DNA of 35,112 nucleotides. Source: an uncultured Methanosarcinales archaeon. Lineage in GTDB: Archaea; Nanobdellota; Nanobdellia; Woesearchaeales; CAZZGN01. Location of the stretch: contig CAZZGN010000002.1 of NCBI GenBank assembly GCA_964654165.1, positions 1-35,112 on the forward strand, given 5' to 3'. Below the pieces are notes generated by a model. It saw nothing but the letters and a program-made list of their open reading frames with translations, did no database searches and was not told the origin of the DNA. Each line of letters begins with the position of its first letter. Position 1 is the stretch's first letter. This document shows, in pieces, positions 7,715 to 15,552 of this stretch. A program made the position numbers and the translations under genes.

Positions 7715-8175
7715 GAGAGATAAAATTCAGAGCATGGGATGGGAAACAAATGATTGAAGAACTTGATTGTCCAGTGTTAAAACCAATTGGTTTGCTTAAT
7801 GAGAATCATAAATTAGTTTTTGGTCATGATGGGCATGATGATTATGTTTATGAAGGAGATGTTGAAGATTTTAAATTGATGCAGTTCACTGGCCTAAAAG
7901 ATAAAGAAGGAAAAGAAATATATGAAGGAGACAAAATAATATTTCCTAACATAAAAAAAAATTCATCAGCGATAATAAGTTTTGGAAAACATACAGATAT
8001 AGCTGAAGCAGGATGCACCACACATTCAAATTATGGTTTTTATTTACAATTTGATGATGGCTCAACTGTAGGACTATTAAATGAAGAATCCTTTTTGGAT
8101 TGGAAGAATATTGAAGTTATTGGAAACATTTATCAAGATCCAGAACTAATCAAAAAAGACTTACCAAAAGATTAA
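7711..8175 (+). CDS. yopX: YopX-family protein
   Basis: The N-terminal MREIKFRAWDGKQM and C-terminal IEVIGNIYQDPELI are characteristic of the YopX family. Confidence 0.7.
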   Translation: MREIKFRAWDGKQMIEELDCPVLKPIGLLNENHKLVFGHDGHDDYVYEGDVEDFKLMQFTGLKDKEGKEIYEGDKIIFPNIKKNSSAIISFGKHTDIAEAGCTTHSNYGFYLQFDDGSTVGLLNEESFLDWKNIEVIGNIYQDPELIKKDLPKD

Positions 8176-8177
8176 CG

Positions 8178-8678
8178 ATGCCTAAAGAATCAAAATTTAA
8201 GGAAAAAGAATGGGAGTATCCAAAGAATAATACTTTCTGGCCTACTCAGCAAAGGAGGAGGAAGCTTAAGGATTTGTCTGAGGAGATTGGTTTGTATAAT
8301 GTTAATTTGACTCAGTTGGCTATGCAGATGGGTATTTCTCGGACCATGATTTATAATGATATTAAGGCTTTGTATAAGCAGGGTTTGGATAAGGATGTTT
8401 TGGCTCAGGCTAAGGTTAATATTGATAGTGCGCATAAGAAGGTTATGAAGGAGATGCAGAAGCTTGTTTTTGATAGTAAGGAGAAGGTTTCTGTTTCTAA
8501 CCGGATTCGTGCTGCTAATACTCTTCTTTCTGCTAATGAGAAGCATACTGATTTTTTGGAAAAGTTTGGTGAGAAGGCTAAGGTTGCTGAGCGTGTTGAG
8601 AGTAAGACTGTTGTGATGTGGGATGATGGTGAAGAAGAGGAAGATGGTGAGGAAAAAGAGGGAGATGATCAACAATGA
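8178..8678 (+). CDS. HTH protein, candidate small terminase subunit
   Basis: 166 aa. It has an HTH-like segment (NLTQLAMQMGISRTMIYNDIKAL), a helical middle region and an acidic tail. It lies in the block upstream of the large terminase, so the call rests on position. Confidence 0.4.
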   Translation: MPKESKFKEKEWEYPKNNTFWPTQQRRRKLKDLSEEIGLYNVNLTQLAMQMGISRTMIYNDIKALYKQGLDKDVLAQAKVNIDSAHKKVMKEMQKLVFDSKEKVSVSNRIRAANTLLSANEKHTDFLEKFGEKAKVAERVESKTVVMWDDGEEEEDGEEKEGDDQQ

Positions 8679-8932
8679 TTAAGAAATTTAGAAAGAAACC
8701 TGTTGTTATTGAAGCAATAAAATATGATGGAACTATGGAATCTTTTAGTGAGATTCAAGAATGGTGTGATACAATTGAAGTAACTGCTTATAGAGATAAA
8801 AAGTTAAGAATACCTACACTTGAAGGTTTTCATGATGCGAGTATTGGTGATTGGATAATCAAAGGAGTTAAAGAAGAGTTTTATCCTTGTAAGCCAGATA
8901 TATTTGATATGACTTATGAAGAAGTAAAATGA
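8675..8932 (+). CDS. conserved small phage protein (KKPV...GDWI...YPCKPDIF type)
   Basis: 85 aa. The motif pattern KKPVVIEAIKY ... GDWIIKG ... FYPCKPDIFDMTYE is common in uncharacterised phage proteins. ATGA couples it to the upstream gene. Confidence 0.55.
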   Translation: MIKKFRKKPVVIEAIKYDGTMESFSEIQEWCDTIEVTAYRDKKLRIPTLEGFHDASIGDWIIKGVKEEFYPCKPDIFDMTYEEVK

Positions 8933-9081
8933 AACAAAAAAGATTTGAAAAAGTATTTGGAACAGATAAGTGGAGATGCTTAAAGTGTGGAAAATTAGTA
9001 AAAGAGATGGGTTGGTCAGGTCATTTAAGAAAACATAAAGAAAAGGTTCATCAAGTAAATAAGCATATTGACACTTACTAA
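8929..9081 (+). CDS. C2H2-like mini zinc-finger protein (50 aa)
   Basis: Hand-translated MKQKRFEKVFGTDKWRCLKCGKLVKEMGWSGHLRKHKEKVHQVNKHIDTY. The pattern is CxxC ... HxxxH. ATGA overlaps the upstream gene. Confidence 0.5.
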   Translation: MKQKRFEKVFGTDKWRCLKCGKLVKEMGWSGHLRKHKEKVHQVNKHIDTY

Positions 9082-9088
9082 AATAAAT

Positions 9089-9184
9089 ATGAAATGTAAA
9101 TATTGTTGGGAAGAAATGAGAGAAGGGGGTTTTAAAAAATGTAATAGAAGCCCTGTTGGTTTTTGTATTCCAGAAGGTTTTTAA
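9089..9184 (+). CDS. mini Cys-rich peptide (31 aa)
   Basis: Hand-translated MKCKYCWEEMREGGFKKCNRSPVGFCIPEGF. It has CxxC plus two further Cys and is very short. Confidence 0.3.
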   Translation: MKCKYCWEEMREGGFKKCNRSPVGFCIPEGF

Positions 9185-9310
9185 ATGAGGGCTAACGATA
9201 TTGATCATGTAGTGATTGATGTCTGGAGTAAGTCCGGAGAACACAAAAGAATAGATACAAAGAATTATAGTGAGGCTTGCAGGTGGTTAAGGCTTGCAAG
9301 TTTTGAATGA
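9185..9310 (+). CDS. small hypothetical protein (41 aa)
   Basis: Hand-translated MRANDIDHVVIDVWSKSGEHKRIDTKNYSEACRWLRLASFE. It starts immediately after the previous stop. Confidence 0.3.
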   Translation: MRANDIDHVVIDVWSKSGEHKRIDTKNYSEACRWLRLASFE

Positions 9311-9382
9311 AATATTATGTTCACCAAGCTGAAAATGGGTGTTGAAACTGATTGGTTTTTCATAGGGCCAATCGCCTCTTTT

Positions 9383-9452
9383 CCCCTGGCATTATACACA
9401 TTCGGGTGTTACGAAGGATCAGCGTCTTAACGCTTTTTTGCCAGGGTTTTTT
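9383..9452 (+). terminator. nested stem-loops each followed by T6 (terminator candidate for the upstream operon)
   Basis: The outer stem pairs CCCTGGCA (9384-9391) with TGCCAGGG (9439-9446) and is followed by TTTTTT. The inner hairpin AGCGT-CTTA-ACGCT (9421-9434) is also followed by TTTTTT. The large outer loop is atypical of simple intrinsic terminators. Confidence 0.4.
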
Positions 9453-9525
9453 ATAATCTTGAAAAAACAGATATCACATGGGGTTGATAACCATGAGTGT
9501 CGGGTGAGAATCCCTACGTCATATT

Positions 9526-9562
9526 CATGGGGATGGAAGTATGGATCATGGAAATCCATGGA
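9526..9562 (+). repeat. cluster of four direct ATGGA repeats within a CATGG/CCATG-rich stretch
   Basis: ATGGA occurs at 9533, 9541, 9548 and 9558. CATGG occurs at 9477, 9526, 9547, 9557 and 9715, and CCATG at 9491, 9556 and 9748. That is 8 pentamer hits in about 280 nt, where I estimate well under 1 by chance. Confidence 0.5.
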
Positions 9563-9812
9563 TTATATGTAAACCGGAAGACATAACTTGAGTATGTCTC
9601 AAAGCAATTTTGTGAAAATCAAAACAGTAACTTGCTGCTGCAGGGAACATAAGTGTAATCTGATGAAGATCTTTGCAGGTTCGAAATTGGCATTAAAAGC
9701 GTAGAGCATTGTGGCATGGCACAACAGTTAGGGGTTGCAAACCCTCACCATGTAATCGATATCGTAAAAGCCATCGAAAATCCTGCCCATCCCATTATAA
9801 TTAAAGAAGAGA

Positions 9813-9980
9813 ATGAAAAAATACAGATGCTTTAGATGTAAGAAAATATTTGTCACAAATAGGATATATTCAGCTAATTCCAATAGAAGAATTTGTGGTG
9901 ATTGTATAAAACCAAGAGATAATAAAAATCATAAATATATTCATCATTATAAGAAAGTAATGAATTTGATCAGTGACTAA
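9813..9980 (+). CDS. mini zinc-ribbon protein (55 aa)
   Basis: Hand-translated MKKYRCFRCKKIFVTNRIYSANSNRRICGDCIKPRDNKNHKYIHHYKKVMNLISD. It has CxxC ... CxxC pairs and lies immediately upstream of the large terminase. Confidence 0.45.
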   Translation: MKKYRCFRCKKIFVTNRIYSANSNRRICGDCIKPRDNKNHKYIHHYKKVMNLISD

Positions 9981-9986
9981 ACAAAG

Positions 9987-11264
9987 ATGGCGATACTCAA
10001 AATACCTTACAAACCACACAAAGGACAAAAGAAATTCCATCAAAGTAAAGCTAAATTCAGAGGATTATTAACAGGAGTAGCATACGGAAAAACCGCAGCA
10101 GGAGCAAACGAAATACTCAAGATGGCCGTGAAGTACCCTAAAAGTAAATTCTTAGTAATGGCCCCAAACAGCAAGATCCTTAATCATGCAACACTTCCTG
10201 AAATATATAAATGGGGAAGAAAACTAATTGTTTCTGAAACAAAATCTAAAAACACTATTCACATTCTTGGAGGAGGAACAATTATTTATCTTACTGCAGA
10301 TAACATGCGGCACGTTGACAGACTTAGAGGAATGACAATTGGAGGTTTCTGGCTTGATGAAGCAAGCTTATTTCTCAGAATGGTTTGGGCAGTTATTCTT
10401 GCAAGACTAAGATGTAATCATGGACCTCTTAAGGGAGTTATCACAACTACTCCTAAAGGATTTAATTGGCTGTACTGGTATTTTGTTAAAGGAACTAATC
10501 CAGTTAATAAAAAGAAATTACGTAATGCGGATAGTTATTGGTGGATAGGTGGGACAACGCATGATAACCCTTATACTCCTGAAGAATTTAAGCAGACTTT
10601 GATGGATGATTATACAGGAATATTTAAGAGACAAGAGATTTATGGTGAGTTCACAGGATTTGAAGGCCAGGTATATCCGCAGTTCAAACATAATACTCAT
10701 ATCTTGGAAAAGTATCCTGAACCTGGAAGGATTAGGGATGTTATTGCAGGAGTTGATTGGGGGTTCACTAATCCGATGGCAGGTTTGATTATAGGGTTTG
10801 ATAATGATGGGCGTTCTTATGTGCTTGAAGAGTTTTATAGGACTGGCCAGAAAGTAAGTAATTTGATTGATTGGTTGCATGAACAAAAAGAAAAGTATCC
10901 ACTTCTTAGAAGAGTTTATGCAGATCCTGCAGAGCCGCAGTTCATTATGGAAGTTAATGAAGCAAGGTATGAGTGTATTGCTGCAGATAATAGTGTCCTC
11001 CCTGGGATCAATAAAGTTTATGATTATGTTGAGATTGCAGGTGATGGACTTCCAAGGTTGTTTGTTATGAAACATTGCCAGGGAACTATTGATGAGTTCA
11101 GTACTTATCATTTTCCGGAAAGTAAGGATGGTGTTCCTAAGCAAGATAAGCCTTTGAAAGTTGATGATCACTGCATGGATGCGTTAAGATATGCTCTTAA
11201 ATCTCATGCTTATGGCAAAAAGTCTCACACAATTCTTAGTGATAAGGATGGTTCAATATTATAG
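9987..11264 (+). CDS. terL: terminase large subunit
   Basis: 425 aa. It has a Walker A-like GVAYGKTAAG and Walker B-like FWLDEAS. The RNase H-like nuclease motifs are GVDWGFTNPMAG, VYADPAEPQFI and DDHCMDALRYAL. Confidence 0.92.
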   Translation: MAILKIPYKPHKGQKKFHQSKAKFRGLLTGVAYGKTAAGANEILKMAVKYPKSKFLVMAPNSKILNHATLPEIYKWGRKLIVSETKSKNTIHILGGGTIIYLTADNMRHVDRLRGMTIGGFWLDEASLFLRMVWAVILARLRCNHGPLKGVITTTPKGFNWLYWYFVKGTNPVNKKKLRNADSYWWIGGTTHDNPYTPEEFKQTLMDDYTGIFKRQEIYGEFTGFEGQVYPQFKHNTHILEKYPEPGRIRDVIAGVDWGFTNPMAGLIIGFDNDGRSYVLEEFYRTGQKVSNLIDWLHEQKEKYPLLRRVYADPAEPQFIMEVNEARYECIAADNSVLPGINKVYDYVEIAGDGLPRLFVMKHCQGTIDEFSTYHFPESKDGVPKQDKPLKVDDHCMDALRYALKSHAYGKKSHTILSDKDGSIL

Positions 11265-11270
11265 AAATAT

Positions 11271-11289
11271 CCGATAATGTTATAAATGA
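11271..11289 (+). promoter_or_regulatory. recurrent promoter-like motif CCGATAATGTTATAAATGA
   Basis: One of six copies of the motif. TTATAAAT starts 39 nt upstream of the portal ATG, and no SD is present. Confidence 0.55.
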
Positions 11290-11317
11290 CAATCATTATT
11301 AAATTAGATTAGACACG

Positions 11318-13654
11318 ATGGGGATCTTCAAAACTTTTAAAACAAGGATGGGTAAGCTTAATCCTTATGCTAATATAGCGACGTTATCTAAACAATTACA
11401 ACTTAACCAGGTGGCTATGGATGGTTTACTTCGTCCTGGAAGCGGAGGAAACAGAGGTTATGAAGGTAGTACTTTTGTTGTTCCAAGATATCCTCTTCCT
11501 TTAGAAACATTGTATGATGTTGCTTATAATTCTGATACTTTGTCTACAATTCATTTTGCGCTTAAGCTTGAATGTTTCAGGAATGGTTTTGAACTTTTGG
11601 AAGCTGATTCAACTGATAGTGATACCATGACTTCTGAAGATGATGTTAAGACAAATAATGAGTATATGAATGGTGTTCTTGAAAGGCTTGATAATGTTAA
11701 TGAGAACGGACAGAGTAATCTTGATGTTCATGAAGAGCTTGAAGATGACTGGAATATTATGGATGATATTTTTAAGTTTTACTTATTTGATTACAAATTT
11801 AATTCTGCAGGAGAAATTAGTGATTATGATCTAAGAGAAATGATGCGGATGGATCCTAAATATATGGGTCTTGTCATGAATTACCAGGACAGGCCAGGCT
11901 ATGATGATAAAAGTAATATCCTTACTGTTTGTCCAGATCATAGGAACGCGCTTTTAACAAATACTGAACTATGCCCTCAGTGTAACAAAATGACTTATAA
12001 AGCTTATTACAGGCATTTGTACCGTGGAGATGCTCTGTACTATTTCAAGCATGAAGTTTATCATAAGAGCAGGTACAGGAAAAGTAAAAGATTAGGTTTC
12101 AGTCCGATAATTACTGTTTGGCAAAAGAATGCAACTCTTTGGAAACAGGATAAATATATTCTTGAAATGTATACTAAGGAAAGGCCACCAAAAAGTGCTT
12201 TATTCTTTAAGACTTCTAATGTTGAAAGTTTAAAAGCTGCATGGGAAGAAGCTAAAGTTAATGCTAACGCAAACCCTCATCACCCTGTTGTCATGGCAAT
12301 ACAGAGTAGCGGTATTAAAGGTGAGCAAGGTAAGTTTGTTGAGTTTGTAGATTTCATGAGAAGCCTTGATGATTTGCAATTCACTGAACAAAGAGAAGAG
12401 TATAGGAGAACAATTGGCGCAGTCTATGGAGTTCTCCCAATTTGGCAAGCAGACACGTCAACCAGTGGCGGCCTAAATAATGAAGGTATGCAGATCACAG
12501 TTACTAATCGTAGGATCCAGGCTAACCAGTCAGGGCATGATGATATTTTTAAGAATGATCTTAAAGCAATGAAAGTTGAAGGATTAGTTTTAAAACTTAA
12601 ACCTTCTGAAGAACAGGATGAAATGGCTAAGCTTGACAGACAACAGAAAAGTCTTGAGATTGGTGAGAAGGCTGCAGAGCTTGGTCTTGAAGTTGTTTAT
12701 GTTGAAGATACTGATGAGGTTAAGATCCATCCAGGAACTATTGAAGCACGTTCTCCAATATCTGGCTTCCCGGGTATTCCACAAAATTCTAACTCTTTTG
12801 ATTCACCCCCAACAAACGAAGGAGATGTTGATAATTCTGGAACACCCGAGGAGCCTTCTTTTAATAAAGCTGATAAACAAAAAAAAAAGCCAAATTTAGG
12901 AAATAGGGCTAATTTCACTACCTTTTCTAAGACTCTTGAAGAAAATGTTGATATATTCTTAAAGAAATTTAAGCGTAAACCTTCAAGTTTTGAGATGTCT
13001 AAAATGATTAAAGAGATTGACAAAAATCTTTATGACAGTCTGAAGAGTTCTGTTGGTTTAAGTTTTGATAAAGTTTATAAGGATCAGATGGATTTTGTTG
13101 GTAAAGATCTTGGAGTGAATATTGTTTTTGGTCAGGTTGATGTTAATGCTTTGGAAGCTTTGAAGAACCAGGATGTTTTAAGTAAGGCTTTTAAGGATTT
13201 GTCTAATGATGTTGTTTCTAAATTGAATCTTATTTTGAATGAGAGTTATGCTAATCCTGCAGAGTTGACTGTTGCGAAGATTACTGAAAAGATTAAGGAT
13301 GTTGCTGATGTTACAGATTATCGTGCAGAGAATATTGCAAGGACTGAACTTGGTAAAGTTGCAAGTGCTGCTCGAAGGAATAGTTATAAGAAAGAAGATT
13401 CTGAGAATGAGTTTAATTATTTATGGATTGGACCAAATGATCATAGAACTACTTCGACAAGTAAAAGAATTAAGAAGCGTGTTGGTAAGGGAGTTAAGTG
13501 GCAGAAATTAATTAATATTATTGAGGAGGAGTCTATTAAAGATTTTCCTAAGTGGGTAGTTGATAAGAATTTTCCAGTTAGTCATTATCAGTCGAGACAT
13601 ATATTCCTTAGAACTCAAGGTTCTTTAAAAGATAATATATTTTTTAAAACTTAA
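11318..13654 (+). CDS. portal protein with C-terminal MuF/SPP1 gp7-like head-morphogenesis domain
   Basis: 778 aa, directly downstream of terL. The C-terminal ENIARTELGKVASAARRNSY...NYLWIGPNDHRTTSTSKRI resembles Mu F-type domains. There is an internal CPDH...CPQC knuckle. Confidence 0.72.
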   Translation: MGIFKTFKTRMGKLNPYANIATLSKQLQLNQVAMDGLLRPGSGGNRGYEGSTFVVPRYPLPLETLYDVAYNSDTLSTIHFALKLECFRNGFELLEADSTDSDTMTSEDDVKTNNEYMNGVLERLDNVNENGQSNLDVHEELEDDWNIMDDIFKFYLFDYKFNSAGEISDYDLREMMRMDPKYMGLVMNYQDRPGYDDKSNILTVCPDHRNALLTNTELCPQCNKMTYKAYYRHLYRGDALYYFKHEVYHKSRYRKSKRLGFSPIITVWQKNATLWKQDKYILEMYTKERPPKSALFFKTSNVESLKAAWEEAKVNANANPHHPVVMAIQSSGIKGEQGKFVEFVDFMRSLDDLQFTEQREEYRRTIGAVYGVLPIWQADTSTSGGLNNEGMQITVTNRRIQANQSGHDDIFKNDLKAMKVEGLVLKLKPSEEQDEMAKLDRQQKSLEIGEKAAELGLEVVYVEDTDEVKIHPGTIEARSPISGFPGIPQNSNSFDSPPTNEGDVDNSGTPEEPSFNKADKQKKKPNLGNRANFTTFSKTLEENVDIFLKKFKRKPSSFEMSKMIKEIDKNLYDSLKSSVGLSFDKVYKDQMDFVGKDLGVNIVFGQVDVNALEALKNQDVLSKAFKDLSNDVVSKLNLILNESYANPAELTVAKITEKIKDVADVTDYRAENIARTELGKVASAARRNSYKKEDSENEFNYLWIGPNDHRTTSTSKRIKKRVGKGVKWQKLINIIEEESIKDFPKWVVDKNFPVSHYQSRHIFLRTQGSLKDNIFFKT

Positions 13655-13692
13655 GTATGGATTATTGTTTTCCATTTTAGATCACCTATTTA

Positions 13693-13737
13693 GGACTTAG
13701 TGGGTTTATTCTTTTTCCTGCTAAGTTCTTTTTTTTT
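13693..13737 (+). terminator. hairpin plus T9 terminator
   Basis: An 8-bp stem pairs GGACTTAG (13693-13700) with CTAAGTTC (13721-13728, one G-U). T9 follows at 13729-13737. Confidence 0.6.
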
Positions 13738-13753
13738 CGATAATGTTATAAAC
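13738..13753 (+). promoter_or_regulatory. recurrent promoter-like motif CGATAATGTTATAAAC
   Basis: It abuts the terminator T-tract. TTATAAA starts 31 nt upstream of ATG 13777, and no SD is present. Confidence 0.55.
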
Positions 13754-13776
13754 GAATTCTATTATAATAAAATATT

Positions 13777-14190
13777 ATGGCAACAGCAGAACAACAATTA
13801 TTAAGCGCAGTTGATAAATTCATGGATGATATTGCAGATAGAATTTTTGAACTTAGCCAATTAACTCTTATTGATGAAAACAAAACTGATAGTTCAACAA
13901 TGTTTAAAACCGCAAATGTTGTAAGAAAACCTTTTGAGAAAACAATTGTTTATCCTGCACCTTATTCTGATGTTATCGAGTTTGGAAGAAATCCAGGAAG
14001 TCCAGTTTATAGTAAATGGTTACATAAATGGGTTGAAAGAAAGCTTGGAATTACTGATCCTAAAAGGATTAAGAGTGTGAGTTTTGCAATTGCAAAGAGT
14101 ATACAAGAAAGAGGATTGCAAGCAACTAATTTTTTGACTAATGCTGCTTTTAAAGCAAGGAGTGAAATGGAGAGTGGAATAAATGAATGA
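13777..14190 (+). CDS. hypothetical head/neck-associated protein (weak HK97 gp10-like resemblance)
   Basis: 137 aa. YPAPYSDVIEFGRNPGSP resembles the ..YA.YVEFGT.. signature of gp10-family proteins. It sits between the portal and protease genes. Confidence 0.45.
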   Translation: MATAEQQLLSAVDKFMDDIADRIFELSQLTLIDENKTDSSTMFKTANVVRKPFEKTIVYPAPYSDVIEFGRNPGSPVYSKWLHKWVERKLGITDPKRIKSVSFAIAKSIQERGLQATNFLTNAAFKARSEMESGINE

Positions 14191-15538
14191 TGTAATGTTT
14201 GTTAAAAAATCTGAAGGTAATGCAGCATATTCTTTTAATGAGGTTTTGGATGCTTTCCAGAGTATGGATGATATGGAGATGCTTCGTGAAGTTGTTGAGA
14301 ATGCTGAAGATAGAGTTTATGTTAGTTGGGCGAGTGTTGATGTTCGTGATCATGATGGTGAGAAAGTTCAGATAACAGATATAATTAATGATCAAGATAC
14401 TTTGCTTAAAAGGAATGGTCCTATTTCTGATACTCATACTAATGCTATTGTTGGCCAGACGCATGCATATAAAGTTCTTGAACATCCTGAAGCTAAGAAG
14501 ATGGGTGTTTTGCATTTGAACAGGATCTTTGATGATAATAAACAGGATGATCTTGTATGGAGCGAAACCCAATCTGGAAAAAGAAAAGGATCCAGTGTGG
14601 GAGGTTTTAATCTAAAGTTTAAATTTGAGAAGGATCCTGATACTGGTCTTATGACAAGGATCAGAGATGATTTTCACCAGTATGAGACTGCTAATGTTAA
14701 GGATCCTGCAAATCCTTTGGCACTTAATGAGTTTGTAAGTTTGGTTGCTAAGAGCAAAAATCCGATTAAGAAAATGCTTTCTAAATCAGAAATGGAGACT
14801 GTCGACGACATAATGGGCTATGTGGCAGGTAAGATAGCTAAATTAAAGGAAACTTTTGATAAAGGTTATGAAAAGCCAAAAAAAGAAGTTGGCAAAGAAG
14901 AAACAAAAAAGGCAAATTCGGACAAAAACGCCGATAATGTTATAAATAAGAAAACTAATGATTTAGATAATGTTGAAAAATCTAAATTTATGAGGGATAA
15001 AAAAATGGCTGAAGAAGTTAAAAAAACAAATGATGAACAGATTGCTTCTATTACTAAATCTGTGGGTGACTTAACAGATGTTGTTAAATCACTTGCTGAG
15101 AAAGTACAAAAGCAAGATGCAATAGTTGCAAAACAAGAAGATGAAAAACCTAAGGAAGAACCTAAAGAGGAACCTAAGGTAGAAAAACCTGAAGAGAAAA
15201 AGGTTGAAGAGACAAAGAAAGAAGAAGCAAAATCAGATATTCCTGGAGAAGCAGATGCTAAACAACCTGAACCTCCTTTAGCAGAAAACAGTAATCAAGA
15301 ATCAGTTTTCAAGGAAATGGTTTCAAAACAGAATACGATTATTGAAGGATTACAAAAGGATATGGCATCAGTTAAGAAATCAGCTGAAACCAGACCAGGA
15401 TTCCAAGAGACAGCGAAAGTCACAAAAGCAAGAAAAGAAAATGAAACTCTTGCAGTAGATATCGCAAAAGGAACTGTTAAGAAATCCTTCAGACACTGTC
15501 ATGATGTAAGCCGAGATATGGGCTTACTAATCGAGTAG
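14183..15538 (+). CDS. prohead serine protease (HK97/S78-like) fused to a K/E-rich scaffold-like C-terminal domain
   Basis: The N-terminal ~200 aa carry VDVRDHDGEKV, ISDTHTNAIVGQ and KGSSVGGF, matching the prohead-protease pattern. The C-terminal ~250 aa are low-complexity and coiled-coil-like (EEKPKEEPKEEPKVEKPEEKK). Confidence 0.8.
   Translation: MNDVMFVKKSEGNAAYSFNEVLDAFQSMDDMEMLREVVENAEDRVYVSWASVDVRDHDGEKVQITDIINDQDTLLKRNGPISDTHTNAIVGQTHAYKVLEHPEAKKMGVLHLNRIFDDNKQDDLVWSETQSGKRKGSSVGGFNLKFKFEKDPDTGLMTRIRDDFHQYETANVKDPANPLALNEFVSLVAKSKNPIKKMLSKSEMETVDDIMGYVAGKIAKLKETFDKGYEKPKKEVGKEETKKANSDKNADNVINKKTNDLDNVEKSKFMRDKKMAEEVKKTNDEQIASITKSVGDLTDVVKSLAEKVQKQDAIVAKQEDEKPKEEPKEEPKVEKPEEKKVEETKKEEAKSDIPGEADAKQPEPPLAENSNQESVFKEMVSKQNTIIEGLQKDMASVKKSAETRPGFQETAKVTKARKENETLAVDIAKGTVKKSFRHCHDVSRDMGLLIE
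14930..14952 (+). promoter_or_regulatory. intragenic exact copy of the promoter-like motif (GCCGATAATGTTATAAATAAGAA)
   Basis: It is identical over 23 nt to the copy at 26447-26469. It lies inside the protease-scaffold ORF, upstream of in-frame ATGs at 14990 and 15005. Confidence 0.5.
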
Positions 15539-15552
15539 GAGGAGAGAAAAAA

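Larger units (their letters stand above)
9311..9812 (+). ncRNA. ORF-free, G+C-enriched, hairpin-dense region: candidate structured RNA and/or packaging (pac/cos) or origin region
   Basis: The track shows no ORF of 60 aa or more on either strand. Hand-counted G+C is about 41% over 9361-9800, versus about 32% in sampled early-gene lines. Local stems: 9350-55/9368-73, 9384-91/9439-46, 9421-25/9430-34, 9477-81/9491-95, 9541-46/9554-59, 9579-85/9593-99, 9638-45/9671-78 and 9732-36/9740-44. A possible long-range pairing joins 9527-36 to 9787-95. Confidence 0.35.

Noticed and set aside
8190-8675. Minus-strand ORFs in the track, such as 8190..8675, 10518..11171, 28724..29299, 17679..18116 and 8804..9244.
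   Set aside because: All lie antisense to well-supported + strand genes. Their translations are low-complexity and Ile/Leu/Phe/Asn-rich, as expected from AT-rich antisense frames, and they have no RBS or motifs.
9678-9745. tRNA-like fragments: GGTTCGAAA (T-loop-like, 9678-9686), GTAGAGC (D-arm-like, 9701-9707) and a GGGG/CCCT stem with the 7-nt loop TTGCAAA (anticodon GCA, Cys-like, 9731-9745).
   Set aside because: I could not assemble a cloverleaf. There is no T arm downstream of the anticodon-like hairpin, the D loop would be too long, U8 is missing, the acceptor strands do not pair, and the T-loop-like element is in the wrong order.
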